Origin: a virus
Length of the DNA stretch: 64,000 nucleotides
Strand: one strand, 5' to 3'
Virus record (IMG/VR): IMGVR_UViG_3300029911_000010
Coordinates: 40,428-104,427 of that record
Shown here: piece by piece, positions 27,736 through 38,000 of the stretch
Layout: every line of letters begins with the position of its first letter
Numbering within the stretch: the stretch's first letter is position 1
Program-made: the position numbers and the translations under genes
The notes under the pieces: generated by a model
The model's database searches: none
What the model was told of the DNA's origin: nothing
The model's input: the letters and a program-made list of their open reading frames with translations, nothing else

Positions 27736-30700
27736 TCAGCCGTACCGGCCGCTATTTTGCGACCAGTACGTTTTGTCCCTCCTTTCCACGTAAAGGGTGT
27801 GATTCGGAACAGTGACGCAATACACCATGCCGTCATAAGCGACGACGGTCTCTTCGACACTCTCGTAAGTGTTAGCCTTGCCTTTCTTCCACCACGGTCG
27901 CAAGTGTCGACGGTTGATCCGGGCTCGCCAGTGCCGTTCTTTGGCCCAGTTGTCAGTCCGTGTGACTTCCTTGACGGACGCGCACCAGCCGAGCTTCAAG
28001 CAGATCAACTGCATGTCGTACGCTAAACGCTCGGACGACGTGCTGTATTCCCAGCAGTCACCTTTGTGCCCATCGCCTGCCAGGTAAGCGTCGAAGAAAA
28101 CACCAAGCTGCCGTGGTGGAAGCTCTTGAACGTATTCAGGCACTCGCTCGGTGTAACTGTCGCCCAGCGGTGCGAGTTGTGCAGCCAGCCAGGCATTGCC
28201 GAGTTCAAAACGCTGGTCACCTTCGTTGTAGTAGAACGGTAAACCGAGTCGGTCGATGACATCACGAATCGCAGTAAAGTGCGGCGACTCACGAAACTGT
28301 GCAATCTTGACATAATTACCGACGCACCAGCCTTCGGCGATGTAGTAGCCTAAAAACTCCAGCCAGTCATCCATCGCAACGCGATCGAGTACGACGCGAT
28401 CACTACGGTGCTTCACGTCAACGATGGGGAACGCGTAGAACGGCTGATCTTGTCCGACCCAAGCGCAGTCCTTCTTAAACTGCCATTCGCCCTTGGACGC
28501 ATAAAACTCGCGGGCCGTCACCGCGCTGTATGGCTCGCCTGGACGTGACACCCACAAACGGTGGTCCATCGTCACCAGCATGTCAAGATGTTTGGTGACG
28601 AGCTTGTACATCTCACCTTTGTGCTCGTACGCCCAAACGTGTGTCGGTCGCTGCCACTCCAATTGTTCGGACGCGTTCAGCGTGGCTACCCAGTCATCGA
28701 CCGTCACATCCGCCACGGAAACAAATCCACGGTTTTTCGTCAGCACTCGTGTCTCGGTGTCGAAGCACATCTTGTCACCGACCTGCGTCGGGTGCTTGCT
28801 CTTGACCACCACCACCGGGCCGTCCTTGCCGTCGACCACGTCGGTGACGACACCCTCGTCGTGATGATCCCAGGTGATGCTGGCGTCGGCGAAAGGAGCC
28901 TGCCGCTTCTTGTGAATCTTGTTGGCCGAGTGCTCGCGTTGTTCGGCGGCAATGATTAACGGATCGCCGTGTTTTACCGTGGTGCCGACCTTGATCACAC
29001 CGCGATCGTCCATGTTGTCCAGTGTCTTGCGATCATAACGGCCGGGAAACAATGAGATGTAGTTGCTCTTGCCGATCTTGTGCTGGTCGCTGATTTCCAG
29101 ACCGTGTTGATACATGTGCTCGGAGGTCATCCGCTTGGCCATCGACTCGCTGATGACCGTGGCATCCTCAAAGTTTTGCCCGCCCCACGGCAGATACGCC
29201 ACACGGGCGTTAAGCCCCAACGCCGAAGCACCCTTCTTGTCGGTGAAGTTGGAGTGGGCCATCAACTGACCCTGCGAAAACCGGTCACCGGGTTTTACAG
29301 TCGGCGTCTGGTGGATGAACGTCTTGCGGTTGTACGGATGATTGTTGTACAGCTCCAGCGTGGCCGTCGTGCCATCGTCGTGCTTGACCTTTATGCCTTC
29401 GGGCGTCACGTCCAGCACCCGGCCGCCCTTGTCGGCGAACATGGCACCCATGTGCTTGCCGTACTCATCCTCGTAGCTGCGATTGCCGTTGCTGCCGGGC
29501 ACGGCGTTCTGCACCAGCGGCGACTCAGCGCCAATCACCGGCAGGGCCTGAGTGCTCATACGGCTGGCCATGCTGGCACGTTGCCCCTTGAGCATGCTCT
29601 TGAGCGGAATGAAATGGTCCAGTGGGCTGAACGCATGCTCAAACTGCGGCAACGTCAACGTTACGTCGCGTTTCTTGACCCAGGTCAGCCGGCCGCCCTG
29701 CATGGCCGGAATGCGCTTGTAAGGCAAACCCATGGCTCCAGGAAACGTGACGGTGGTATCGGCAATCTCCTGCGGCGTTTTGTAGACCGTCTTGCCGGTG
29801 TTGACGTCAGTAAAGCTGCCGTACAGCTTGCCGTCTGAACCTTTGCGGGCATTGCCGGCCAGATAGGTGTCTACACCAGCCTTAAAACTTTCCGGGGTCC
29901 GCAAAGGATCGATAAATCCGTAGTGGCTGGGCTGCACCGACCGGGCTTCGTCCGGGATGGCGTCGTAGCTGGGAATGCCGCCTTCGCCCATGCGGCTGAC
30001 CTGGGTGTTCTTGTCCAGGATCTCGGCGGGGTTGATTTCTTCCAGCGACCGGCCGAGCCCCGAGTCCAGCAGCGCCGAATCCAGTTGACCCTGCAGCGGG
30101 CGAGTCGGCATGGATTGCAGATCACCTTTGAAGCCGGCCTTGTATAGCAGCTGCCGCTGCACGCCGGCCCGATCCTTAGCCAACCGCTCGCGGAACAGAT
30201 CCTCGGGGCCGAGAAACCGCTGGTAAGCCAGGTGATCGCGATCGTCGGGAGGTGATTCGCCGCGACTGACCGCCAACAGCCTGCGAGTAATCGACAGCAT
30301 CGCATCTTTGTTGAGATTCTGATGCGGATGATCGAGTGTGTGCTTGGTGACCTCCGGGTCAAGCGTCATTCCTTCGAACGCTTTTCGGATGGCATCATCC
30401 AGCGAGCCTTCGACTTTGCCGCCCAGTACCTTGTCCTTGAGCTTGTGCAGCGCCTGCTCGTCCTTGCCCACGACAGAGTTGGTCTGATGCAGTTCCGGTC
30501 CCCAGGCATCACGAATTTCCTTGTCGCTGGCCCCCATGGTCTTAAGCAACGGCATCAATGGGATGTTGGCGTTGCCCATCTTAATGAAAAAGCGGCCCTT
30601 TTCCGGGTCCAGCCAATACCGATGGCTGGGTCCACCGGCCAACACGTTGGTGTGCGTCTCGATCTCGCCGTTTTCCTTGGTGCGAGTGAACGGGCCGGAC

Positions 30701-31158
30701 AGCAGTCGCGACTGATGCACCAGGGCGTATTCGTTGCCCTTGTTGACGAACGTGCCGCCCTCAGTCAAATGCGGCACCTTAAACAATGTCATGGGCCGCC
30801 TGTCCATCTCCTTGCCGCTGTTGTTGTCGGTCAACACCCAGGTGCCCCGCAGACGACGTCCCAGCGTGTCACCTCGCAAGCTGGCTTCCTTGCGATCCTT
30901 TTTGCTGAACGTATCGCCATCCATCCACTGGACGTCTCGCAACGACAGCGTGTGCTTGAGATTGGACACTGGCTTGAGATTGAGAGCCGCGTCGTAGACG
31001 TTGTCGTATATCGCTTTGCGGGTGGCGTCGATGTCTCCGAAGTTCCGCAAGCCCGCCGGCTCCTTGGGCTTGGGCGATGCTGCCGGCGGCGCAATCGGCC
31101 CAGGTCCGCTAAGCAGATCGGGTTCACTGGGCATGAGGTTGTAAGGAGAATCATCCAT
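27736..31158 (-). CDS. rpoB: Phage RNA polymerase beta subunit (main part) with intein
   Basis: RSVQPSHYGFIDPLRTPES, RASMASRMSTQA, GLNARVAYLPWGGQNFEDA, VGDKM. Confidence 0.9.
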   Translation of the reverse strand: MDDSPYNLMPSEPDLLSGPGPIAPPAASPKPKEPAGLRNFGDIDATRKAIYDNVYDAALNLKPVSNLKHTLSLRDVQWMDGDTFSKKDRKEASLRGDTLGRRLRGTWVLTDNNSGKEMDRRPMTLFKVPHLTEGGTFVNKGNEYALVHQSRLLSGPFTRTKENGEIETHTNVLAGGPSHRYWLDPEKGRFFIKMGNANIPLMPLLKTMGASDKEIRDAWGPELHQTNSVVGKDEQALHKLKDKVLGGKVEGSLDDAIRKAFEGMTLDPEVTKHTLDHPHQNLNKDAMLSITRRLLAVSRGESPPDDRDHLAYQRFLGPEDLFRERLAKDRAGVQRQLLYKAGFKGDLQSMPTRPLQGQLDSALLDSGLGRSLEEINPAEILDKNTQVSRMGEGGIPSYDAIPDEARSVQPSHYGFIDPLRTPESFKAGVDTYLAGNARKGSDGKLYGSFTDVNTGKTVYKTPQEIADTTVTFPGAMGLPYKRIPAMQGGRLTWVKKRDVTLTLPQFEHAFSPLDHFIPLKSMLKGQRASMASRMSTQALPVIGAESPLVQNAVPGSNGNRSYEDEYGKHMGAMFADKGGRVLDVTPEGIKVKHDDGTTATLELYNNHPYNRKTFIHQTPTVKPGDRFSQGQLMAHSNFTDKKGASALGLNARVAYLPWGGQNFEDATVISESMAKRMTSEHMYQHGLEISDQHKIGKSNYISLFPGRYDRKTLDNMDDRGVIKVGTTVKHGDPLIIAAEQREHSANKIHKKRQAPFADASITWDHHDEGVVTDVVDGKDGPVVVVKSKHPTQVGDKMCFDTETRVLTKNRGFVSVADVTVDDWVATLNASEQLEWQRPTHVWAYEHKGEMYKLVTKHLDMLVTMDHRLWVSRPGEPYSAVTAREFYASKGEWQFKKDCAWVGQDQPFYAFPIVDVKHRSDRVVLDRVAMDDWLEFLGYYIAEGWCVGNYVKIAQFRESPHFTAIRDVIDRLGLPFYYNEGDQRFELGNAWLAAQLAPLGDSYTERVPEYVQELPPRQLGVFFDAYLAGDGHKGDCWEYSTSSERLAYDMQLICLKLGWCASVKEVTRTDNWAKERHWRARINRRHLRPWWKKGKANTYESVEETVVAYDGMVYCVTVPNHTLYVERRDKTYWSQNSGRYG
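27754..28767 (-). mobile_element. Intein with LAGLIDADG endonuclease (338 aa)
   Basis: GDKM|CFDTETRVLT...VYCVTVPNHTLYVERRDKTYWSQN|SGRYG; FLGYYIAEG and FDAYLAGDG. Confidence 0.9.
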
Positions 31159-31160
31159 GG

Positions 31161-32105
31161 CTAGTGAAACAAGTCGCCGATCGAATTGCGCACGTGTCCC
31201 AGCAACGACTTCTCGGACGGGTCGGCCTCGGCTTGCATGTCACGGTCAGCACCGCCGCCGGGCGACATGAAGTTTTCCGACACTGGAACGGGCTTGGGCA
31301 TGGCCATGACTTCGCTGGGCCGCTGGGAATACATCCGGCGATTACGGCGATCAATTGCCTTCTGCAACACCTTTGGTCCACTCTGCTTCGTCTCCGCGTC
31401 GTACATCGCCTTGCCGGCGAGACCGCCGCTGCCCAGGCCGTATAACAGATAAAGCTGAGCCACGCGCTGGGTCATGTTGGGATCAGCCAGCCCGCCGAAA
31501 TTCCAGCTCGCCAGACCGCTGGCCTGTTTCTCCTGCAGCTTGTCGTACAGGGCGTCCAGGGCGCTGCCCAGCTGCAAAGCCGTGTCCTGTTGATCTCCGG
31601 CCAGCTTTCCCGCATCAATAGACGTCACACCATGCGGCTTTCTCGCCTTGGGGTAGCTTTCCACCAGAGACCGCTCAAAATCCTGCCGGGCATCTTCCAC
31701 ATCCTGCTCGTTGGCGTCCTGCCGTCGTTTGGACAACAACGCATCCACGCCTTTCCAGCCGCCGTACAAACCCAAACCGCCGGCCACTGCCAGCGTCGGC
31801 GCGTAAGACCAGTGATTTTGGTAGCTGTCGACCATTCCGGCCTTGCCCATGGCCCCCGCCTCTACGGGGATGGGCACGCTGGTGAGCATGGCTCCGGGAT
31901 ACGGATTCTTCTTGCGCCTGGCCGTGGTGTTGTACAAGCCGGTCAGCCCGCGAGCGCCGGCTCCAATACCGAGACCCGCCAGGCCGAGTCCAGCTGCATC
32001 ACGCAGGACTGCTTCCATGTTCAACTGGTTGACGGCATTGACCGCCGTGTTGTCTACTGCGGTCTTGGCCAACCGCGATGCCGTGGCAAAAGGATCAATC
32101 GTCAT
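31161..32105 (-). CDS. Glycine-zipper putative internal virion protein
   Basis: Start at ATG 32105; KTAV, KLAG, KQAS; GLGLAGLGIGAG and other hydrophobic Gly-rich helices. Confidence 0.55.
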   Translation of the reverse strand: MTIDPFATASRLAKTAVDNTAVNAVNQLNMEAVLRDAAGLGLAGLGIGAGARGLTGLYNTTARRKKNPYPGAMLTSVPIPVEAGAMGKAGMVDSYQNHWSYAPTLAVAGGLGLYGGWKGVDALLSKRRQDANEQDVEDARQDFERSLVESYPKARKPHGVTSIDAGKLAGDQQDTALQLGSALDALYDKLQEKQASGLASWNFGGLADPNMTQRVAQLYLLYGLGSGGLAGKAMYDAETKQSGPKVLQKAIDRRNRRMYSQRPSEVMAMPKPVPVSENFMSPGGGADRDMQAEADPSEKSLLGHVRNSIGDLFH

Positions 32106-32514
32106 TGGGTCTCCCAACATAAGGCCGCTGGGCCAGGTTCGGTTTTCCGTCTTCCATGTAATACTCAGACCATTCCACATAGATTATCACCCGCAGGCGG
32201 GTTCGGACAATTCCATCGGTTCCCTTGATCTTTTCCACCAGATGTTCGTGATGGCGGTGCAGGCACTGTGCCCAGCCATTGGTGATCTTGTCCATGACCG
32301 CCATGTACTCTTTGTTCTCGCGGGGGTCACTGGTGTCAAAGATGCGATTGTGCGAGTCGCTGACGCGGGTCAGCCGCTGCTCAAGCTCTTCGGCTGTGCC
32401 GGTAATCGGAAAATGCCCACGATAAGGAGCCCCGTCCACGTCGGCGCGGTTCCAATGCAGGCGGCCACGCTCGCCGCCGTCGACCTGATTCATGAACTTG
32501 ATGAGTGAAGACAC
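32095..32514 (-). CDS. Hypothetical protein
   Basis: 139-aa ORF within the operon. Confidence 0.55.
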   Translation of the reverse strand: MSSLIKFMNQVDGGERGRLHWNRADVDGAPYRGHFPITGTAEELEQRLTRVSDSHNRIFDTSDPRENKEYMAVMDKITNGWAQCLHRHHEHLVEKIKGTDGIVRTRLRVIIYVEWSEYYMEDGKPNLAQRPYVGRPNDD

Positions 32515-32525
32515 GATCGCCTCGG

Positions 32526-32945
32526 TTAGAACATCGGACGCCCGGTGATCGATTTGGGTTTCGTCTGACGACGAATCACGCCTTCTCTGCGGGATCGTGC
32601 GGCTTCGCGGCCGTAAGCCTCGATCAACTCGTTGTTCTTGGCTTCGTCGACGTCCTGGTCGCTAATGTCCTGCGCCTTGGCCGCCAGATGACCAATGCCG
32701 GCTCCGAGCAGCGGCGGTGCCGCCAGGGCGAGCGGGATGCCCCATGACAATGCCGTATTGGCCAGACCGGTGGCACCGTTCCAGGCACTGCCCAACATCG
32801 GCATAAGACCCTCAGCCTGCTTGACCGGTGCGTCCAGGGCGGCTTCCGCCTGCTTGACCGCAGTCAGCATCTCGCCCGGCGTGGTCAGTCCATTGTCGAT
32901 GCACTTGAGCATGAAGCCGAACTTGAAAGCTTGTCTGTCGTCCAT
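32526..32945 (-). CDS. Small putative internal virion protein
   Basis: Start at ATG 32945 (AAGGAG); FKFGFMLKC; KQAE x2; hydrophobic helix. Confidence 0.55.
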   Translation of the reverse strand: MDDRQAFKFGFMLKCIDNGLTTPGEMLTAVKQAEAALDAPVKQAEGLMPMLGSAWNGATGLANTALSWGIPLALAAPPLLGAGIGHLAAKAQDISDQDVDEAKNNELIEAYGREAARSRREGVIRRQTKPKSITGRPMF

Positions 32946-32955
32946 GTGAATCTCC

Positions 32956-33366
32956 TTACCAGGCAATGTCCTTGAGGCCGGGAACAACGGTGCGGCTGCT
33001 GCGCTTTTCCCGAATCTCCCTGACCATCTGCTTAACGTGCCGCTTGTCGTCAGGCATGCCCTGACGCTTGGCCTTTTCGCACAATGCGATCATAGCGTCA
33101 ATGTAGCCGCGATACGCGGTCATCTCGCTGGGATGGTTCCATCCCTTGCCGGTGCGATGATTGCCGATCATGTCGTTGATGCCTTTCAATCGAATCAGGC
33201 AATCCTGGACGGTCATCGAGCCGTACTTTTCATCGTCCCGACCGGTGGCGTCCAGATCGTTCCAGTGAATCAACCCGCCCTCAGCCCACCACAAGTGCAT
33301 GTGAGCGTTTTCCTTGCATGGGTCCTTGAAACGAACCGCATCCGAACTAAGCAAAATGGCCGACAT
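32956..33366 (-). CDS. Hypothetical protein
   Basis: GGAG SD; 136 aa. Confidence 0.55.
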   Translation of the reverse strand: MSAILLSSDAVRFKDPCKENAHMHLWWAEGGLIHWNDLDATGRDDEKYGSMTVQDCLIRLKGINDMIGNHRTGKGWNHPSEMTAYRGYIDAMIALCEKAKRQGMPDDKRHVKQMVREIREKRSSRTVVPGLKDIAW

Positions 33367-33408
33367 GGCTTCTCCATGAACGTTTAGAAAAGTTCTTTTG
33401 TAAACCCG

Positions 33409-33720
33409 TTAAAGTGCCAGCTTAAACTCATCGGCGTCCCAGACCACCGGGCAGCCAAACAAATCCTGAGCGAATCCTTTTTGCCGCAGACTGCTAACGT
33501 GGATGTCCTGACTGCGAGCCAGGTCGACGACGATAGCTGCTTCGACGGACCGGGGCATGTACAACAGTCGCGGACTGACCCGGTGATACTGCTTAAACGC
33601 AAGCAGCGCCTGCTTGACCAGATAGTGGACAACAAACTCACAGGCGTCGATTCCCGTTGCCTGCTCGCGAATTCGAGCTTTGACTGTAAGACCAGTTTTC
33701 GCTGCTTCCTTAACGGCCAT
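33409..33720 (-). CDS. Hypothetical protein, weakly capsid A-domain-like
   Basis: AGGAG SD; PRLLYM...DLFGCPVVWD. Confidence 0.5.
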   Translation of the reverse strand: MAVKEAAKTGLTVKARIREQATGIDACEFVVHYLVKQALLAFKQYHRVSPRLLYMPRSVEAAIVVDLARSQDIHVSSLRQKGFAQDLFGCPVVWDADEFKLAL

Positions 33721-33729
33721 TGCTGTCTC

Positions 33730-34899
33730 CTATCCAAACAACCTGGGTAGAACGGCTTTTACGATACCGAGGTAAACCCCGGTTTGCTTCAAGACATCCT
33801 GTGCGGACTCGGGCATGCCGGTCAACAACCCAAGCGTATTGCCGACCAGTGCGCCAGAAACGTATCCAGCGCCCATGTGCGCAGCTAAATTCGCCATCTG
33901 TACTGGAGTAACCCAGCTTGATCCTTCTTCTCCGCTTCTGCCGCCAGGCATCTGCCGAGCCGCCATCAAAGCCCCCATCGTCGCCCCGGCCAGCTGTGGG
34001 CTGGCCCCGATATCCCACAAAGTCTGCCCCAGTGAGTTGATGTTCACGTCCATGGGCGTCGGTCCCGGACGCGTGGCTGCTTCCCAGGGCATTGTCAGCG
34101 TGTCAAACGCCTCCTTGATGTGCTGCGTCGGCCAGGTAGCCTGCAGGTACGCCGCCACTGCCTGCTTATGCCATTGTCCGGGCTCAGGCAAAAGATCAAT
34201 GTCGGATGCTGCTTTCCAGTTAATGTCAGGCGGGCCGCCTGGTGGAGCATACAACAGCGAATTGTCGTTTAGAGGCTTGCCGGCCGCATGGTTGGCTGCC
34301 ATCCAGGCACCACCGGGAACGGCTCCGGCCAGCCCGCCGACTGCCGCCAGCGTATTTTTCAAACGTCCGCGACGCCAACTGTCAGGCAGGCGGGATTCAA
34401 TCAGCGAGCCGGCACCGTAGCCCAGGCCAGCGCCGACCAGGCCGCTGGTGAGCATTGCCCGCACCGGGCTGGGGTTCATGCCGGTGAACTGCATCTTATC
34501 GGCATCGAAATGCGGGAAGAATCCCGCCCATTCGCCAGCAGTGCGCAGCGCCGGGCTGTAAGCAATCTTGACCCAGCCTTCATCTTCGAGCACCAGTCCG
34601 CTTTTCATCGTCGGCGACCAGACAAATCCCTCATCCGGCACGTCAGCTACGTCGGCCATGGCGGATTTGAGCAATGCAACGTCACGCGCCGGTGATTCAT
34701 CCGGCACATAGAAAGCCACCTTGTGTGTGTCCGGATGCAGGTAGATGCCGATCGGCATGGAAGTATAAACGCCGGAAATGGCACCGCGAATGCCGTCAGC
34801 TTCCGCCGCCAGCTTCTCAGCCGTCGCAATCGCGTCACGGCCGACGCGATACCACGCTGTCATTTGTTCCACGGTGAGAAGAGGTTGTTCGACCTCCAT
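33730..34899 (-). CDS. Glycine-zipper putative internal virion protein
   Basis: KLAA, KSAM, KIAY, KAAS, KQAV, KEAF; several GxxxG helices. Confidence 0.55.
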   Translation of the reverse strand: MEVEQPLLTVEQMTAWYRVGRDAIATAEKLAAEADGIRGAISGVYTSMPIGIYLHPDTHKVAFYVPDESPARDVALLKSAMADVADVPDEGFVWSPTMKSGLVLEDEGWVKIAYSPALRTAGEWAGFFPHFDADKMQFTGMNPSPVRAMLTSGLVGAGLGYGAGSLIESRLPDSWRRGRLKNTLAAVGGLAGAVPGGAWMAANHAAGKPLNDNSLLYAPPGGPPDINWKAASDIDLLPEPGQWHKQAVAAYLQATWPTQHIKEAFDTLTMPWEAATRPGPTPMDVNINSLGQTLWDIGASPQLAGATMGALMAARQMPGGRSGEEGSSWVTPVQMANLAAHMGAGYVSGALVGNTLGLLTGMPESAQDVLKQTGVYLGIVKAVLPRLFG

Positions 34900-34926
34900 G
34901 TCGTCTCCAGCTGTTCAGTTACGTGA

Positions 34927-34956
34927 ATTTTAGCTCATAATGCACTCTGATTACAA
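34927..34956 (-). promoter_or_regulatory. Sigma70-like promoter heading the virion-protein/RNAP operon
   Basis: TTGTAA-18-TAAAAT just downstream of the terminator. Confidence 0.55.
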
Positions 34957-34983
34957 ATAGACATGAAATACACACCCTTAGCG

Positions 34984-35022
34984 CATAGAAAAGCGTCCGG
35001 TTTTGCCGGACGCTTTTCTATG
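34984..35022. terminator. Bidirectional intrinsic terminator after nrdJ
   Basis: 17-bp perfect inverted repeat CATAGAAAAGCGTCCGG-TTTTG-CCGGACGCTTTTCTATG. Confidence 0.8.
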
Positions 35023-35051
35023 TTAATTTCAGCCTCAATTCAACTTCGTGG

Positions 35052-38000
35052 TCACATGATACAGGAATCGCCGCTGCAAGCCAGCTCCTTGCGGACATTG
35101 GTGTGGTCGATGCCGTGCTCGTATCGCGGAAGCTTCTCCCACTCAATCTTGGGGAAGTTCGCGGTGAAGTCGGCAAACTGCTCAGGTGTCAACGGCGTGA
35201 AGGGAGCCTGGGGGTAAACGCCGCCATCAAGCGGCAGGAAAGCCAGGCCACCAACATCTTCCCAGTGAGCGTATACCCATCCGGCCACCTGCGGCCATTC
35301 GTCATCGCCGACGTAAATGGTCACGGACGGATTGTGCTCGGTGTAATGCTTCTTGAACGCCAGCCAGTCTTCCAGCTGACACATGGCGCTGCGGCGGCTC
35401 TTGGTCGCTACCACCTTGCCGCTGACATCAGTCACCAGATCGCTGACCACCATCGAGCCCTCGGGGGCTTTAAGCGGAAAGCTGAAAATAGTCGTGCCCG
35501 GATCACGGTAGCAGACTTCGTGCGGCACGCCCTGATCCTTAAGGAAGCGGCACATGGGGTTGATGTTGCCTACTTCGACGTTGCGGATCATGTGCTGAGC
35601 CAGCCAGCCGCCCATGCTCTGACCGACGCCGTAGCGGGCACCGGAGTTGCCACCAGGCTTGATGCAGGTGACAGCGTTGGACGGGTTGATGCCCAACCGC
35701 TTGGCCCACACACGGTTCTCCGACAGCGCTGTCTGCTTGAGGTGTTCCAACAGACGATGACGATCGGGATTGGAATCACGCAGCAGAGGAGAATCCAAAG
35801 CGCCCAGCAAGTCGACACCCAGCAGTCGCTCGGCTTCGCAGTTTTCCTTCCAGCGAGGCCGCAGATAACTGAAATCAGTCATGGTCGACTGAATGGTGCC
35901 GAAGATGGCAGCCAGCCGCACCTTGCGTTCCAGGATTACTCCGGTGTCCGTAGGCCGCACGATGGGAATCGACAGGTTACAGAACTGCCCATCGGGATGC
36001 AGGATGACTTCACCGCAATTCGACACCAGCATTCCGCCAGTCCAATAGGTGTGCTCGTCGGCGGCGACTGTGATGTCCCACACCGGCTGCGAACCCTCAT
36101 CCGAGATACTGATAATTTCGAAGCTGTGTTTTCTGGTCGGCTGCTCGGTAAGCGCAGCTTGATTCGCCTTTTCCTGTTTGTAGCCCTGCACGAACCCGAT
36201 CATCGTGGCGAACCTGCCCTTGCCCGTCGTGATGTTCAGATCGTAGCTCTCGCGGCATTCGTAAGTGCCGTTGTCAAAACGAACCGCTTTGGCAGCTTTG
36301 GGCGTGTAGTACGACGGGATGCCAAGACCAGACAGCATCTCCTGTACATCAGAGATTATCTTAAAAGACGTCGCCTTGAGTATGACTCGTCCCCCACACA
36401 CCGATCCATTGGCCGAATACAAGCCACGGAGAAATCCACGGATCTTTAATTCGTCGCCGTGTTTGAATCGGGCCGGTACAGATCGCAGGTAGGTATAGGG
36501 CAGCTCGGCGGCCGTTACCGTCGCATCTTCTCCGATCGCGTAAGCGTGACTGCGAATACCCGGACGGTGCGAGAGGTGACTCGGAAAGCGGTCAAGTACG
36601 TCGCCATCATTTTCCCCGACGCAGAGATAAATGAGGTTGTCAGAAGCGGCGTGGACCGAGCCGTCGCCAATCAGTAGACCATCCAGCACGTCGCGGTCGC
36701 ACGGCAGGGATTGCAATCCTAAGTAGCTGGCATCGTCCCGAGTGATGGGACCGACGCAGCGGTCGATCGTCTCAGCATCCTGTGCCTCGATCTTTTCACC
36801 GTGGCTGACAACGCGGTGGTTTTCAGTCCCGAGGAAGAATCCGGCCGTGGTCTGGTAGCGGAATACCGGCTTGACCCCGGTGTAGACCTTACGAGTCACT
36901 TCTGACCAGTGTTTACCTGTCCAGATCACGTCTCCTGTTTTCAGCTCGCCCATCGTGCGAATGCCGTCACGAGTCAATACCGTTGCATTGGCAGGCTGAC
37001 AGGGATTGGTGCCCCAGAGAACGTCAAAGAATGAATCCCCGTACTGGTCGATACGTCGCTGGGGCATCTGCCGAGCCAACCCGCCTCGGTTAAAGATCCC
37101 ACGTTCGCCGCTCTTGGATATCACCAGCGACAACCATTCAGCCAGAAAGACGTGAGCCTCGGGCTTCTCGTCGTACACCGCCGAGTTGTTGGACATGGCC
37201 CGTTGAACGTACAGCGGGTTCTCCCAGTATTTGCCGAACTTGGCTTCCCGCATCAACTGGCTTTTGAGATTGGACAGGCTGATCAGCGCTGCCCGCCGCA
37301 CCCCGCCTAGCTGCCCCACCTGGCCGATGTAGCACATCGAATCATGCACGTCGATGTCACGCAGACGTTTGCCCTCGCGAGCCCGGAAGAGACGGCGGAT
37401 GGCCGTATGCAAATCCGACAGCGGCTTGGGTCCGCTGGCCCGCCCGCCCTTGGTCATCAGCCGAGAACCCTCGGGGCGAATCTCGTGATACTTGATGTCC
37501 AGATCGTAGCCCTCGTAAAGCCGGTACATCAGATGCTTAACGCTGTCACACCAACCCTCAGTAGCGTCGGGCACCACGAACACGTCGGGTACGCTGTTAC
37601 GACGCCGGCGCTGAATACGCGGTAGCTGCTCGACGAATTCACTCTCACACGAGAAACCGCAGCCGGCCCCGGCCATGGAGATGTACAGGTTCTCGGCGAA
37701 GTAGTCGACATCCCTGATACCGGAGTAGCTGCAGTTGTAGATGCCGACGTTGCAGCGGGTCGCCGCCGGCCCGGCCATCTGCATCAACCGCATGCTGGGG
37801 GTGGCTTCCTCGTTGATGATGGAATCCCGCAGCATCTGATAGTCCCCCGCTTCCAATGTGGGCATGCCGTGCTTGCGCAGGTGATACTGGATGAAACCCA
37901 TCACGCGGTCGGTAGATTCGGGATAAGTCTCACGCCGCTTGAAGTCGTCGTTGAAGCGAGCGTACTTGTCGTAGTGCTGGAATCGCTGCAGATCGGTGGT

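Noticed and set aside
27736-27738. Genome-wide TGA reassignment (genetic code 4 or 25)
   Set aside because: TGA ends clear genes (capsid at 4614, csrA at 42055, many ATGA overlaps), Trp is encoded by TGG, and other long genes have no internal TGA
27700-27738. Selenocysteine insertion at the RNAP UGA
   Set aside because: No Cys is expected at this motif position, it would leave a two-residue insertion, and the downstream hairpin does not clearly match a bacterial SECIS
17521-31158. Cellular rpoBC operon (bacterial chromosome)
   Set aside because: Highly diverged, unusually split, no ribosomal-protein neighbours, and surrounded by capsid and phage accessory genes
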